This document shows positions 7,913 to 16,486 of a stretch of DNA of 64,000 nt, one piece after another; the stretch's first letter is position 1, and every line of letters starts with the position of its first letter. The notes under the pieces are model-generated. The model was not told the DNA's origin and ran no database searches. It worked only from the letters and a program-made list of their open reading frames with translations. The DNA is from Clostridia bacterium. GTDB taxonomy: Bacteria; Bacillota; Clostridia; Oscillospirales; CAG-272. The DNA is taken from assembly GCA_017455185.1 (NCBI GenBank), contig JAFTBN010000017.1, forward strand, positions 10,430 through 74,429, in the 5' to 3' direction. The translations under genes were made by a program, and so were the position numbers.

Positions 7913-9190
7913 TCATTCGGGGCGGATGATATCCATTCCCATATCCTGACGAAGAACTTCCGGAACCACAATGCTGCCATCTTCCTGCTGATATTGTTCC
8001 ACAATGGCAGGAATAATCCGGCTGGTTGCCAAACCGGAAGCATTCAGGGTATGGACGAACCGTGTCTTTCCGGTTGCATCCTTGAAGCGAACGTTCCCTC
8101 TCCTTGCCTGATAATCAAAAGCATTGGACGCGGAACTGACTTCCTTATAGATGCCCATGCTGGGAATCCAGACTTCAATGTCGAATGTCTTGGCCATAGA
8201 AAACGAACAGTCTTCTGCAGCCAGACGGCTCAGGCGGTAATGCAGGCCGAGTTTCTGCACGAGTGTCTCAGCCTTTCTGACCAATTCCTCAAATGATTCA
8301 TTGGAATGATCCGGATGTGCATATTGTACCATTTCAACTTTATTGAACTGATGACCGCGAATCATACCTCGTTCTTCAACCCGGGTACTTCCTGCTTCAC
8401 GACGGAAGCAAGGCGTATAGGAGAAATACTTCAAAGGCAGATCCTTTTCATTGAGCATTTCATCCCGATGGAAGTTAACCAGTGCCGTCTCGGCCGTAGG
8501 AAGCAGGAATCTGCCCTCCTCATTCGGTCCGCCGTCAATCCAATAATCTTCAGCCAAGAATTTCGGGAACTGACCTGCCACATAGCCGCATTTATAACCG
8601 AGCATGTGAGGCACCAGCAGGAATTTGTAACCGTCCTTGAGATGCTCCCGAATAAAGAAATTCAAAATGGCCCATTCCAACTGTGCACCAACACCGGTAT
8701 AAACCCAACTGCCGGCACCGGACAATTTGACGCCGCGTTCATAGTCAATCAGACCATTCATGGTGCAAAGATCGACATGGTTGCGGATTTTGAAGGAAAA
8801 CTCCGGCTTCTCGCCCCAGGTGTGAAGAACCTGATTGTTTTCTTTTCCGCCTGCAGGAACATCCTCATCCGGTATATTCGGAAGCATATCCATGAACTTC
8901 TGGATCTTCTCTTTGATTTGATTCAGTTCCCCGTCCATCTCAGTAATCTTATCGCTGACTTCCTTCATGTGAGCCAGTGCGGAGGAAACATCCTGTCCGT
9001 TCTTTTTCATGACCGGAATTTGGGACGAAGTGGTGTTGCGCTCGTTTTTCAGTTTTTCAACTTCCGCAATGATTCTTCTGCGATCGTTATCCCAGGCAAT
9101 CAATTCGTCAAACGAAATATCAACATTCCGTTTTGCCAATGCCCGACTGACCTTTTCGGGGTTTTCGCGAATCAACTTTAAGTCTAACAT
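7913..9190 (-). CDS. serS: serine--tRNA ligase
   Basis: 425 aa with a canonical MLDLKLIRENPE start, an N-terminal coiled-coil arm and a class II core (FRREAGS..., GLATSR). Confidence 0.97.
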   Translation of the reverse strand: MLDLKLIRENPEKVSRALAKRNVDISFDELIAWDNDRRRIIAEVEKLKNERNTTSSQIPVMKKNGQDVSSALAHMKEVSDKITEMDGELNQIKEKIQKFMDMLPNIPDEDVPAGGKENNQVLHTWGEKPEFSFKIRNHVDLCTMNGLIDYERGVKLSGAGSWVYTGVGAQLEWAILNFFIREHLKDGYKFLLVPHMLGYKCGYVAGQFPKFLAEDYWIDGGPNEEGRFLLPTAETALVNFHRDEMLNEKDLPLKYFSYTPCFRREAGSTRVEERGMIRGHQFNKVEMVQYAHPDHSNESFEELVRKAETLVQKLGLHYRLSRLAAEDCSFSMAKTFDIEVWIPSMGIYKEVSSASNAFDYQARRGNVRFKDATGKTRFVHTLNASGLATSRIIPAIVEQYQQEDGSIVVPEVLRQDMGMDIIRPE

Positions 9191-9231
9191 TTTGAACTCC
9201 TTCCAGAATTCTTACACGTTTTTGCCCGACA

Positions 9232-9260
9232 ATTATAGCACAACGGATAAAAAATGTAAA
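9232..9260 (-). promoter_or_regulatory. sigma-A type promoter of serS (short leader)
   Basis: On the minus strand: TTTACA, 17-nt spacer, TGcTATAAT (extended -10). It lies about 40 nt upstream of the ATG. Confidence 0.45.
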
Positions 9261-9310
9261 GAGTCAAACAAAAAATGCCGGAATGCCGCAAAACTGCCTT
9301 TTTTGCACAA

Positions 9311-9354
9311 AAAGGCCGCCGCCCGAAGGAATTTGTCTCCCCTTTTCCGGACGG
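9311..9354 (-). terminator. probable terminator after the SPFH gene
   Basis: On the minus strand: CCGTCCGGAAAAGG...CCTTCGGGCGG, an imperfect stem followed by CCTTTTTGTG. Confidence 0.4.
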
Positions 9355-9380
9355 CAGCTCATTTGTCTTATTCCAACTTT

Positions 9381-10439
9381 TTACTTGTTCTCGGTTTTGA
9401 CTTCGTTCTTTTTAACGACTTCCGAAACACCTGCCGCAAGACCGGCGATTCCCTGCAGTTCCGAAGGAATGATAATCTTATTTGCAGGTCCGTTTGCAGC
9501 CACCTTGAAGGCATCCAGCTTTTTCAGCGTAAGGACTGCCTCGGACGGGTTGGCTTCATTGATCATGCGGATTCCTTCTGCGTTTGCTTTCTGTACTTCC
9601 AGAATGGCAAGGGCTTCGCCTTCCGCTTCCTTGATTTTCGCTTCCTTACGCGCTTCCGCCCGAAGGATTGCGGCTTCCTTGTCCGCTTCCGCAGCCAGAA
9701 TCGCCGAGGCCTTCTTTCCTTCCGCCATCAAAATGGCAGAATTCTTTTCGCCTTCCGCACGGAGAATCGCTTCACGCTTCTCACGTTCCGCCTTCATCTG
9801 CTTCTCCATTGCGTCCTGAATCTCACGCGGAGGAATGATGTTCTTTAATTCAACGCGGGTAACCTTGATTCCCCAAGGGTCGGTCGCTTCATCCAGAATC
9901 GATCTCATTTTGGTGTTGATCAGGTCGCGGGACGTCAGCGTGCTGTCCAGTTCCAACTCACCGATGATGTTACGCAGCGTGGTGGACGTCAGGTTTTCAA
10001 TAGCCAGCATCGGCTGGGTGTGACCGTAAGCATACAGTTTACAGTCGGTAATCTGGAAGAAGACGACCGTGTCAATCTGCATACGGACGTTGTCTTTCGT
10101 AATAACCGGCTGAGGCGGGAAGTCTGCGACCTGTTCCATCAGGTTGACCTTTTTCGCAATTCTTTCAATAAAAGGAATCTTGATGTGAAAACCGGTTTGC
10201 CAAATCGTTTTAAAGGAGCCGAGTCTCTCCACGACATAGGCTTTTCCCTGAGGAACAATGTTGATTCCGCTGATGATCAGTCCCAGCACAATCACAACAA
10301 TTACGGCAAAAATAATCAGACCCACCATCGCGGGATTTGATTCTTCGTCGCCATCGGATGCAAAGCATACCACGGACAGAACCGAAGCCAGCATGAGAAC
10401 CGACAGCAAAACGGCTATTATTTTTTTCATCTTTTTCAT
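9381..10439 (-). CDS. SPFH/band-7 (stomatin/flotillin-like) membrane protein
   Basis: 352 aa with an SPFH core (VPQGKAYVVERLGSFKTIWQTGFHIKIPFIERI...DNVRMQIDTVVFFQITD). It has a C-terminal Ala/Glu-rich coiled coil with 4 x 11-aa repeats. Confidence 0.9.
   Translation of the reverse strand: MKKMKKIIAVLLSVLMLASVLSVVCFASDGDEESNPAMVGLIIFAVIVVIVLGLIISGINIVPQGKAYVVERLGSFKTIWQTGFHIKIPFIERIAKKVNLMEQVADFPPQPVITKDNVRMQIDTVVFFQITDCKLYAYGHTQPMLAIENLTSTTLRNIIGELELDSTLTSRDLINTKMRSILDEATDPWGIKVTRVELKNIIPPREIQDAMEKQMKAEREKREAILRAEGEKNSAILMAEGKKASAILAAEADKEAAILRAEARKEAKIKEAEGEALAILEVQKANAEGIRMINEANPSEAVLTLKKLDAFKVAANGPANKIIIPSELQGIAGLAAGVSEVVKKNEVKTENK
9639..9770 (-). repeat. in-frame 33-nt (11-aa) tandem repeats inside the SPFH gene
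   Basis: AILRAEGEKNS / AILMAEGKKAS / AILAAEADKEA / AILRAEARKEA. The nucleotide copies are diverged, consistent with a coding coiled-coil repeat. Confidence 0.8.
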
Positions 10440-10924
10440 TTTGTTTCCTCCAATTCCGTTACTATTAATTTGACACCCTCAATGGATTGAACCAATACAA
10501 TCCTGTCCTTTTCAATCGGCTGCTGGTTCAAAGACCGCGCAGACCATTCCAACCCGTTAATTTTGACCGCGCCTTTTTCGCTGATGTTGTCAATGTCTTC
10601 GGTCACAATGGCTTTTTTCCCTATCAAAAGATCCGTATTGGTCTTGGAATACTCCGCCTTGTTCTTTTGGATTTTGCGAATTACGATTCTTGAAACCACC
10701 AGTGAAATCACGGAAAGCAGCACAAAAATCATCAATTGGAATCCCCAATGAAGCGGACTGAACAAAGCTACAAAGAAATCGATGACGGCTCCCGGCAAAA
10801 ACCAGATAGCGACCAAAGCATCCGAAGCGACTTCGGCAACCAGCGCGGCGACGCAAACGATCGCCCAAATTATCACCCAGTAATAGGTGGAAACAAAGGA
10901 TGCGAACGATTCTGCCATATGCAC
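10436..10924 (-). CDS. NfeD-family membrane protein
   Basis: 162 aa with three N-terminal TM helices and a C-terminal OB-like domain (GKKAIVTEDI...GAVKINGLEWSARS). Its stop overlaps the SPFH start by 4 nt, the classic NfeD-SPFH pairing. Confidence 0.85.
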   Translation of the reverse strand: MHMAESFASFVSTYYWVIIWAIVCVAALVAEVASDALVAIWFLPGAVIDFFVALFSPLHWGFQLMIFVLLSVISLVVSRIVIRKIQKNKAEYSKTNTDLLIGKKAIVTEDIDNISEKGAVKINGLEWSARSLNQQPIEKDRIVLVQSIEGVKLIVTELEETK

Positions 10925-11012
10925 TCCCTCCTTTCAACTGAAAGCATTATATCATGCGTTCATATGATTGTCAATAGCGTTCATAAAAATATTTTAAAAA
11001 ATCGCTCGATTT

Positions 11013-11651
11013 TTAATAGGACCGATAATACACAATTCGGTCTATTTTATACTCTGCTCCGTATTTTGAAATCGTAACATAAACCGGACGGATCATATCG
11101 CTTCCGATGTCGGTCCGGAAAGAACCGTTGTTCTGAAAAATCATATATTCCAGGACCCATACCTCGTCCTTTTCCGTACTGGAGTCGGTATCCTGATAAA
11201 AAGTAATGTTGTAGATTTTCTGAGGCGTAAAGGCATCGTATGCAAAATTACCCTCTTGGGTGAGATACGTGGCGCTCAGATAGGAATTGTATGTCTTTGC
11301 ATCTCCGCGAAGCAAAGTCTGGAAGTATTCATAAAAGAAACGGACCGCTTCGGATTTGGACTGGACAGACTTTTCATCGAGCGACTCGGTCGTACCCATA
11401 GCCGGAATGCTGTAGTTGATCGACCGATCGAGGTTCATGTATTCCTCGTTGGCAAAAATGTCTTCTTCATAATCTTCCGAATAGTAGTGATAACTTCTGG
11501 GAGGCACGGTTTCCTTTTCTTTCTGCTCCTTGTTTTTCTTTTCAATCCCCTGGATGACGAGCAGCGCAATGCCGCTGACTGCCGCGACAATGATGAGCGC
11601 AATTACAATTCGCTTGACTACTTTTAAATCGCTTCTGTTTTTGCTTTCCAT
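11013..11651 (-). CDS. membrane-anchored hypothetical protein
   Basis: 212 aa with a single N-terminal TM (IVIALIIVAAVSGIALLVI), a charged linker and a globular domain of about 130 aa. I recognise no motif. Confidence 0.6.
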   Translation of the reverse strand: MESKNRSDLKVVKRIVIALIIVAAVSGIALLVIQGIEKKNKEQKEKETVPPRSYHYYSEDYEEDIFANEEYMNLDRSINYSIPAMGTTESLDEKSVQSKSEAVRFFYEYFQTLLRGDAKTYNSYLSATYLTQEGNFAYDAFTPQKIYNITFYQDTDSSTEKDEVWVLEYMIFQNNGSFRTDIGSDMIRPVYVTISKYGAEYKIDRIVYYRSY

Positions 11652-11829
11652 AGTTCTTTACGGCCTTTCGTCATTGCTGCTTTTATTATACAGTACGGTT
11701 ACGGGACTGTCAAGAAAAAGCAGGCTGTTCTACGGGTACGGCAGACGTTTGAAGCCTGAAAACTCTTTCCACGGGCTATCCTTTTCGCTTTTTCCGTCCG
11801 GGCCGGCGACCTTTCTTTTTGGTTTTCTA

Positions 11830-11858
11830 TTGTGCATTTTTTAGGTCTATGGTATAAT
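11830..11858 (+). promoter_or_regulatory. sigma-A type promoter of the lepB operon
   Basis: TTGTGC, 17-nt spacer, TGgTATAAT (extended -10). Confidence 0.5.
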
Positions 11859-11886
11859 TAAAAACGATATTTCCACAAAGAAAGGA

Positions 11887-12633
11887 GTGTGTACGGCTTT
11901 GGAACAGGACAATATTCCCCGTTCAAATGAAGGCAATGAAAACTTACCGGATTTGCGGGACGCCGAATCCGTTCTCTCAGACGACGAAGAAGCAACGGAT
12001 GAATCCATATACAAAAAAGACGACCATAAGTTTTTGCAGAATCTGACCGATTACCTTGAAATCCTGGTCTTCTCTGTCATAGCCATCATTCTTCTGTTCA
12101 CTTTTATCGGGCGGATCGCCCGTGTTTCCGGAGAATCCATGAATCAGACATTGAACGCAAACGATGTGCTGGTGACCGAGTCCTTCCTTTACACGCCCAA
12201 AATCGGGGACGTCGTGATTGTCAGCATGACAAGCGATTATGAAATCCTCAATGAGCCTCTTGTCAAGCGAGTCATTGCCATTGGCGGCGACACCGTTGAC
12301 ATCGATTACAACACCGGAACCGTTTTCATAAACGGAGAGGCCCTGACGGTTCAGGACAAATTTTCCGACGGGACAGACAGTTATGTCTATCTGGATTCCG
12401 GCGTTATGAAACGCCCTGTCTTCTCTTCCACGGTCACTTTCCCTTACGAAGTGCCAGAAGGATTCGTCTTTGTCATGGGAGACAACCGAAACAACTCCCT
12501 GGACAGCCGTTCAGTCCGGATTGGAGCTGTTGACACGCGTCGGATCATCGGCAAAGTCGTTTTCCGCATCACCCCCGATACGGGGCCGATTGACGATTAC
12601 AAAGAACAAGACCCGCACAGGGAGAAATCATAA
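11887..12633 (+). CDS. lepB: signal peptidase I
   Basis: The catalytic Ser box SGESMNQTL and the GDNRNNSLDSR box are present, with an N-terminal TM. The start is uncertain: GTG 11887 abuts the AAAGGAG RBS, and in-frame TTG 11899 has better spacing. Confidence 0.9.
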   Translation: MCTALEQDNIPRSNEGNENLPDLRDAESVLSDDEEATDESIYKKDDHKFLQNLTDYLEILVFSVIAIILLFTFIGRIARVSGESMNQTLNANDVLVTESFLYTPKIGDVVIVSMTSDYEILNEPLVKRVIAIGGDTVDIDYNTGTVFINGEALTVQDKFSDGTDSYVYLDSGVMKRPVFSSTVTFPYEVPEGFVFVMGDNRNNSLDSRSVRIGAVDTRRIIGKVVFRITPDTGPIDDYKEQDPHREKS

Positions 12634-13511
12634 TGCCGACCGAAAACATTCAATGGTTTCCCGGCCACATGGCCAAAACCAGACGCATGATCAGTGAAAA
12701 TCTGAAAAATGTGGACATCATCATTGAGATTCTGGACGCCAGAATTCCCTTCTCCTCACGAAACCCGGAAATTGCAAAACTGACCGCTCAGAAGCCCCGC
12801 CTGATCCTTCTGAACAAGGCGGACCTGGCTGACCCATCCCAGAACAGAATCTGGATGAAATCCTTTCAGACCGAATCTTCCAAGTCTATCCTGACCAACT
12901 GTTCCACCGGTCAGGGATTCAAAGAAATTCCGGCGGCCATCCGGGAGATCCTATCCGAGAAAATCAGCCGGTACGAGGCACGCGGAATGGGAGGCCGGAA
13001 GCTCTTTGCCATGGTGCTGGGTATTCCAAATGTTGGGAAAAGCACATTCATCAACCGGATTTCCAAAACCAAAAATGCAAAGGCGGAAGATCGTCCGGGC
13101 GTTACCAAAACCAAGCAGTGGATTTCCACAACGCTCGGAATCGATTTTTTGGATATGCCGGGCATCCTGTGGCCCCGCTTTGACAATCAGACCATCGGAG
13201 AGAACCTGGCCCTGACCGGAGCCATCAAGGATGAATCCCAGGATTTGCTGCATCTCGGAATTGTTTTGTGCAAACGTCTTCGCACCCTGTATCCGGATGC
13301 GCTGGCAGCCCGTTATAAATTTGACAACCCGGGTCAATTCGAAGGGCTGACCGATTACGAGTTGTTTTTGCAAATCGGGAAGAAACGCGGATTCCTGATC
13401 AGCAGAGGCGAAATCAACGAAGAGCGGACCGCCAACGTATTGCTGGATGAATTCCGGAACGCAAAAATCGGGCTGATGACGCTTGACCGTCTCCCTGAAG
13501 AAAGCAGGTAA
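12633..13511 (+). CDS. rbgA: ribosome biogenesis GTPase A (YlqF)
   Basis: It starts QWFPGHMAKT and has the circularly permuted GTPase order LNKADL then GIPNVGKST. The start overlaps the lepB stop. Confidence 0.95.
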   Translation: MPTENIQWFPGHMAKTRRMISENLKNVDIIIEILDARIPFSSRNPEIAKLTAQKPRLILLNKADLADPSQNRIWMKSFQTESSKSILTNCSTGQGFKEIPAAIREILSEKISRYEARGMGGRKLFAMVLGIPNVGKSTFINRISKTKNAKAEDRPGVTKTKQWISTTLGIDFLDMPGILWPRFDNQTIGENLALTGAIKDESQDLLHLGIVLCKRLRTLYPDALAARYKFDNPGQFEGLTDYELFLQIGKKRGFLISRGEINEERTANVLLDEFRNAKIGLMTLDRLPEESR

Positions 13512-13513
13512 AT

Positions 13514-14125
13514 ATGCCGGATTTTCACATTGAAAAGGAATGCATGGAACAAGGATACGCAGTGATTTGCGGCGTCGATGAAGCAGGACGGGGGCCTTTG
13601 TGCGGTCCCGTTTGCGCCGCGGCCTGCATTCTTCCCCCTGATTGCAACATTCCCGGGCTGAACGATTCCAAGAAACTCAGCGAGAAAAAACGGGAGTTGC
13701 TGTATGACCAGATAACCAAAACCGCCCTTGCGTATTGTGTCTGTCTTGGCAGCGTGGAGGAAATCAATCAGACCGATATCCTGTCCACGACCCTGCACAC
13801 GATGCGCCGGGCCATTGAAGGTCTTTCCATCAAACCCGACCTGGCCCTGATTGACGGAAACATCAATCGCGGTTTTACCATTCCGACCCGGACGGTGATC
13901 CACGGGGACGCAATCAGCGCCTCCATCGCCGCCGCCTCCATTCTGGCAAAAGTCACCCGGGACAGGCTGTGTCTGGAGATGGACCGCCAATATCCTGGAT
14001 ACGGCATTGCCAAACACAAAGGGTACGGAACCAAAGAGCATATGGAAGCATTGGAAAGACTGGGTCCTACCCCTATACACCGAACGAAATTCATCCGGTT
14101 TTTAGACCGGGATAACAAGGATTGA
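13514..14125 (+). CDS. rnhB: ribonuclease HII
   Basis: 203 aa with the GVDEAGRGPLCGPV active-site motif. The lepB-ylqF-rnhB order matches other Firmicutes. Confidence 0.95.
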   Translation: MPDFHIEKECMEQGYAVICGVDEAGRGPLCGPVCAAACILPPDCNIPGLNDSKKLSEKKRELLYDQITKTALAYCVCLGSVEEINQTDILSTTLHTMRRAIEGLSIKPDLALIDGNINRGFTIPTRTVIHGDAISASIAAASILAKVTRDRLCLEMDRQYPGYGIAKHKGYGTKEHMEALERLGPTPIHRTKFIRFLDRDNKD

Positions 14126-14128
14126 ATT

Positions 14129-15625
14129 ATGAATTACTATTCCACAAGAGACACAGAAAAGAAAACGCCCTTCAGCAGTTCGCATGCCATCATCAAAGGG
14201 CTGGCACCGGACGGCGGGCTGTTTATGCCTGAGAGGATTCCCTCAGTCACCAAAGAGGATATTCTCAATCTTTGCAATAAAACATATGCAGAACGGGCAG
14301 CCAGCATTCTGTCCAAATACTTGGAAGACTTTACCTATGAGGAACTGCTGGAAGACTGTCAAAAAGCCTACAGTTTTGAAAAATTCGGTCCGGACCCTGC
14401 CAAAACGGTAAAAATCCGGGAAGGTCTTTATACGCTGGAGCTCTGGCACGGTCCGACTGCAGCCTTCAAGGATATGGCGCTTCAGATTATGCCCCGCCTT
14501 CTCTGCCGGGCACTTGCGAAAGAAAAAGAAACCATGCATCCGTTGATTCTGGTGGCCACTTCGGGCGATACCGGAAAAGCCGCTCTTGAAGGATACCGCG
14601 ATTTGGATGGCATTTCCATTATGGTCTTCTATCCGGTGGATGGCGTTTCCCGGGTTCAGAAATTGCAAATGGCAACACAGGAAGGCGGAAATGTCAACGT
14701 GTGCGCCATTCGCGGGAACTTTGACGACGCGCAAACCGGCGTCAAGAACATCTTTGCGGATCCTGCATTCTCCCTTCTTTTGAAAAAAAGGAACGTTTTT
14801 CTCTCCAGCGCCAATTCGATCAACTGGGGACGTCTGGCACCGCAAATCGTCTATTACATCTCCGCCTATTGCGACCTGCTCAACCAAAAGGCGCTTTCCT
14901 TCGGAGACCCGATGGACATAACGGTTCCCACCGGCAACTTCGGCAACATTTTCGCGGCTTATCTGGCAAAGCGCATGGGAGTCCCGATTGGAAGGCTGGT
15001 CTGTGCATCCAATCTCAATCACGTTCTGACCGATTTCATCCGAACAGGCGTCTATGACCGGAATCGCGCCTTCCATACCACGATGTCCCCTTCCATGGAT
15101 ATCTTGATTTCGAGCAATCTGGAGCGTTTGCTCTATCTGATTGCGGGAAGCGAGCGAACCTGCGGTTACATGCAGCAACTTAAGGCAAAAGGAAGATATC
15201 AGGTCGAGCCTGACATCCTTGCCCGGATTCAGGCAGAATTTACCGCATGCTATGCCACGGAAGAGGATACTTCCCGGGTCATTCACGACTTCTTTGAAAA
15301 AGAGGGATATCTGTCCGACACCCATACCGCCGTAGCACTTCATGCCGCCTGCGAGTTCCTCCAGAAAAAGACCCAGGCCCCCTGTATGCTGGTTGCGTCA
15401 ACGGCAAGTCCATACAAATTCGCGGCAGATGTTTACCATTCGCTTTTCCCGGATGAAGAAAAACCGGAATCCCTGTCCGCTCTTTCCCTTCTGAGTGGCA
15501 GAACCAATACCGAAATCACGTATCCGCTGCGCAATCTGGACAAAAAGCCCATCCGCTTCAAATCCGACATCGACTGCTCGGATATGGAGGATGAGATTGC
15601 CCGTTTCACAGAAAGGTTTTCCTGA
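14129..15625 (+). CDS. thrC: threonine synthase (long form)
   Basis: 498 aa with an MNYYSTRD... N-terminus and the PLP-lysine motif GPTAAFKDMALQ. Confidence 0.95.
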   Translation: MNYYSTRDTEKKTPFSSSHAIIKGLAPDGGLFMPERIPSVTKEDILNLCNKTYAERAASILSKYLEDFTYEELLEDCQKAYSFEKFGPDPAKTVKIREGLYTLELWHGPTAAFKDMALQIMPRLLCRALAKEKETMHPLILVATSGDTGKAALEGYRDLDGISIMVFYPVDGVSRVQKLQMATQEGGNVNVCAIRGNFDDAQTGVKNIFADPAFSLLLKKRNVFLSSANSINWGRLAPQIVYYISAYCDLLNQKALSFGDPMDITVPTGNFGNIFAAYLAKRMGVPIGRLVCASNLNHVLTDFIRTGVYDRNRAFHTTMSPSMDILISSNLERLLYLIAGSERTCGYMQQLKAKGRYQVEPDILARIQAEFTACYATEEDTSRVIHDFFEKEGYLSDTHTAVALHAACEFLQKKTQAPCMLVASTASPYKFAADVYHSLFPDEEKPESLSALSLLSGRTNTEITYPLRNLDKKPIRFKSDIDCSDMEDEIARFTERFS

Positions 15626-16354
15626 ATGAGTGTCTATGTCATGGCTGATTTGCATCTGTCCCTGAGCGTTCCGGGCAAATCCATGGAAATCTTCGGAAAA
15701 GCCTGGGATCATTATCAGGACAGAATAAAAGCCAACTGGCAGGCCGAAGTCAGGGAGGACGACACGGTTGTCATTCCGGGGGACATATCCTGGAGCAATT
15801 CGCTTCCTTCGGCCAAAGAGGATTTTCTGTTTCTGGAATCTCTTCCGGGGATCAAATACATCGGCAAAGGCAATCATGATTTCTTCTGGAACACAACAAC
15901 CAAGCTGAACCGGTTTTTGGAGGAATGCGGATACCGTTCCATCCGGATTCTGTACAACAACGCCTATTCCCTGAACCGGGAACAGATCATCATCTGCGGG
16001 ACAAGAGGCTGGTTTCTGGATGAGTCAGCCCAGAAATCCGTTTTTGAAACAGACTATGAAAAAATCCGGCAAAGAGAATGCATCCGTTTGCGACTGAGTC
16101 TGAATGAAGCGAAAAAACTGCAGGAACAAAGCGGGTATCCCATTTTGGTTTTCCTGCATTTCCCTCCAGTATGGCAAGGCAGAAAAAGCACGGAAATCCT
16201 GTCTCTTCTTGAAGAATATGGCATAAAGGACTGCTATTTCGGACATATGCATCAGGTGGAAAACCCGGTCATTGAGTCTGTCTGCAACGGCATACGCATG
16301 CATTTCATTGCAGCTGACGCGCTGAATTTTCATCCGTATCCTGTCCGGATTTGA
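15626..16354 (+). CDS. metallophosphoesterase
   Basis: It carries the calcineurin-like motifs ADLHLS, GDISW, GNHDFFW and GHMH. The start abuts the thrC stop with no gap. Confidence 0.8.
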   Translation: MSVYVMADLHLSLSVPGKSMEIFGKAWDHYQDRIKANWQAEVREDDTVVIPGDISWSNSLPSAKEDFLFLESLPGIKYIGKGNHDFFWNTTTKLNRFLEECGYRSIRILYNNAYSLNREQIIICGTRGWFLDESAQKSVFETDYEKIRQRECIRLRLSLNEAKKLQEQSGYPILVFLHFPPVWQGRKSTEILSLLEEYGIKDCYFGHMHQVENPVIESVCNGIRMHFIAADALNFHPYPVRI

Positions 16355-16417
16355 CCCCGAACTCCGTTTTTTCTCCCGGATTGCTCCCAAAATCCCTGTC
16401 GCTCCCTTCAAAAAGGC

Positions 16418-16446
16418 TTGACAAAAGGAGCAAGAACAAGTAAAAT
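16418..16446 (+). promoter_or_regulatory. sigma-A type promoter of tig
   Basis: TTGACA (16418-16423), 17-nt spacer, TAAAAT (16441-16446). Confidence 0.55.
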
Positions 16447-16486
16447 GAAGAGGTTGTAAATATAGATACTTATAATGGAGGTTTAT

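Noticed and set aside
9191-9380. Possible T-box riboswitch upstream of serS. The same question applies to argS at 61562..61665 and thrC at 14126..14128.
   Set aside because: The predicted promoters lie only about 40-55 nt from the start codons. I found no T-box consensus (..GGTGGTACCGCG..) or specifier/antiterminator architecture. thrC has only a 3-nt gap to rnhB.
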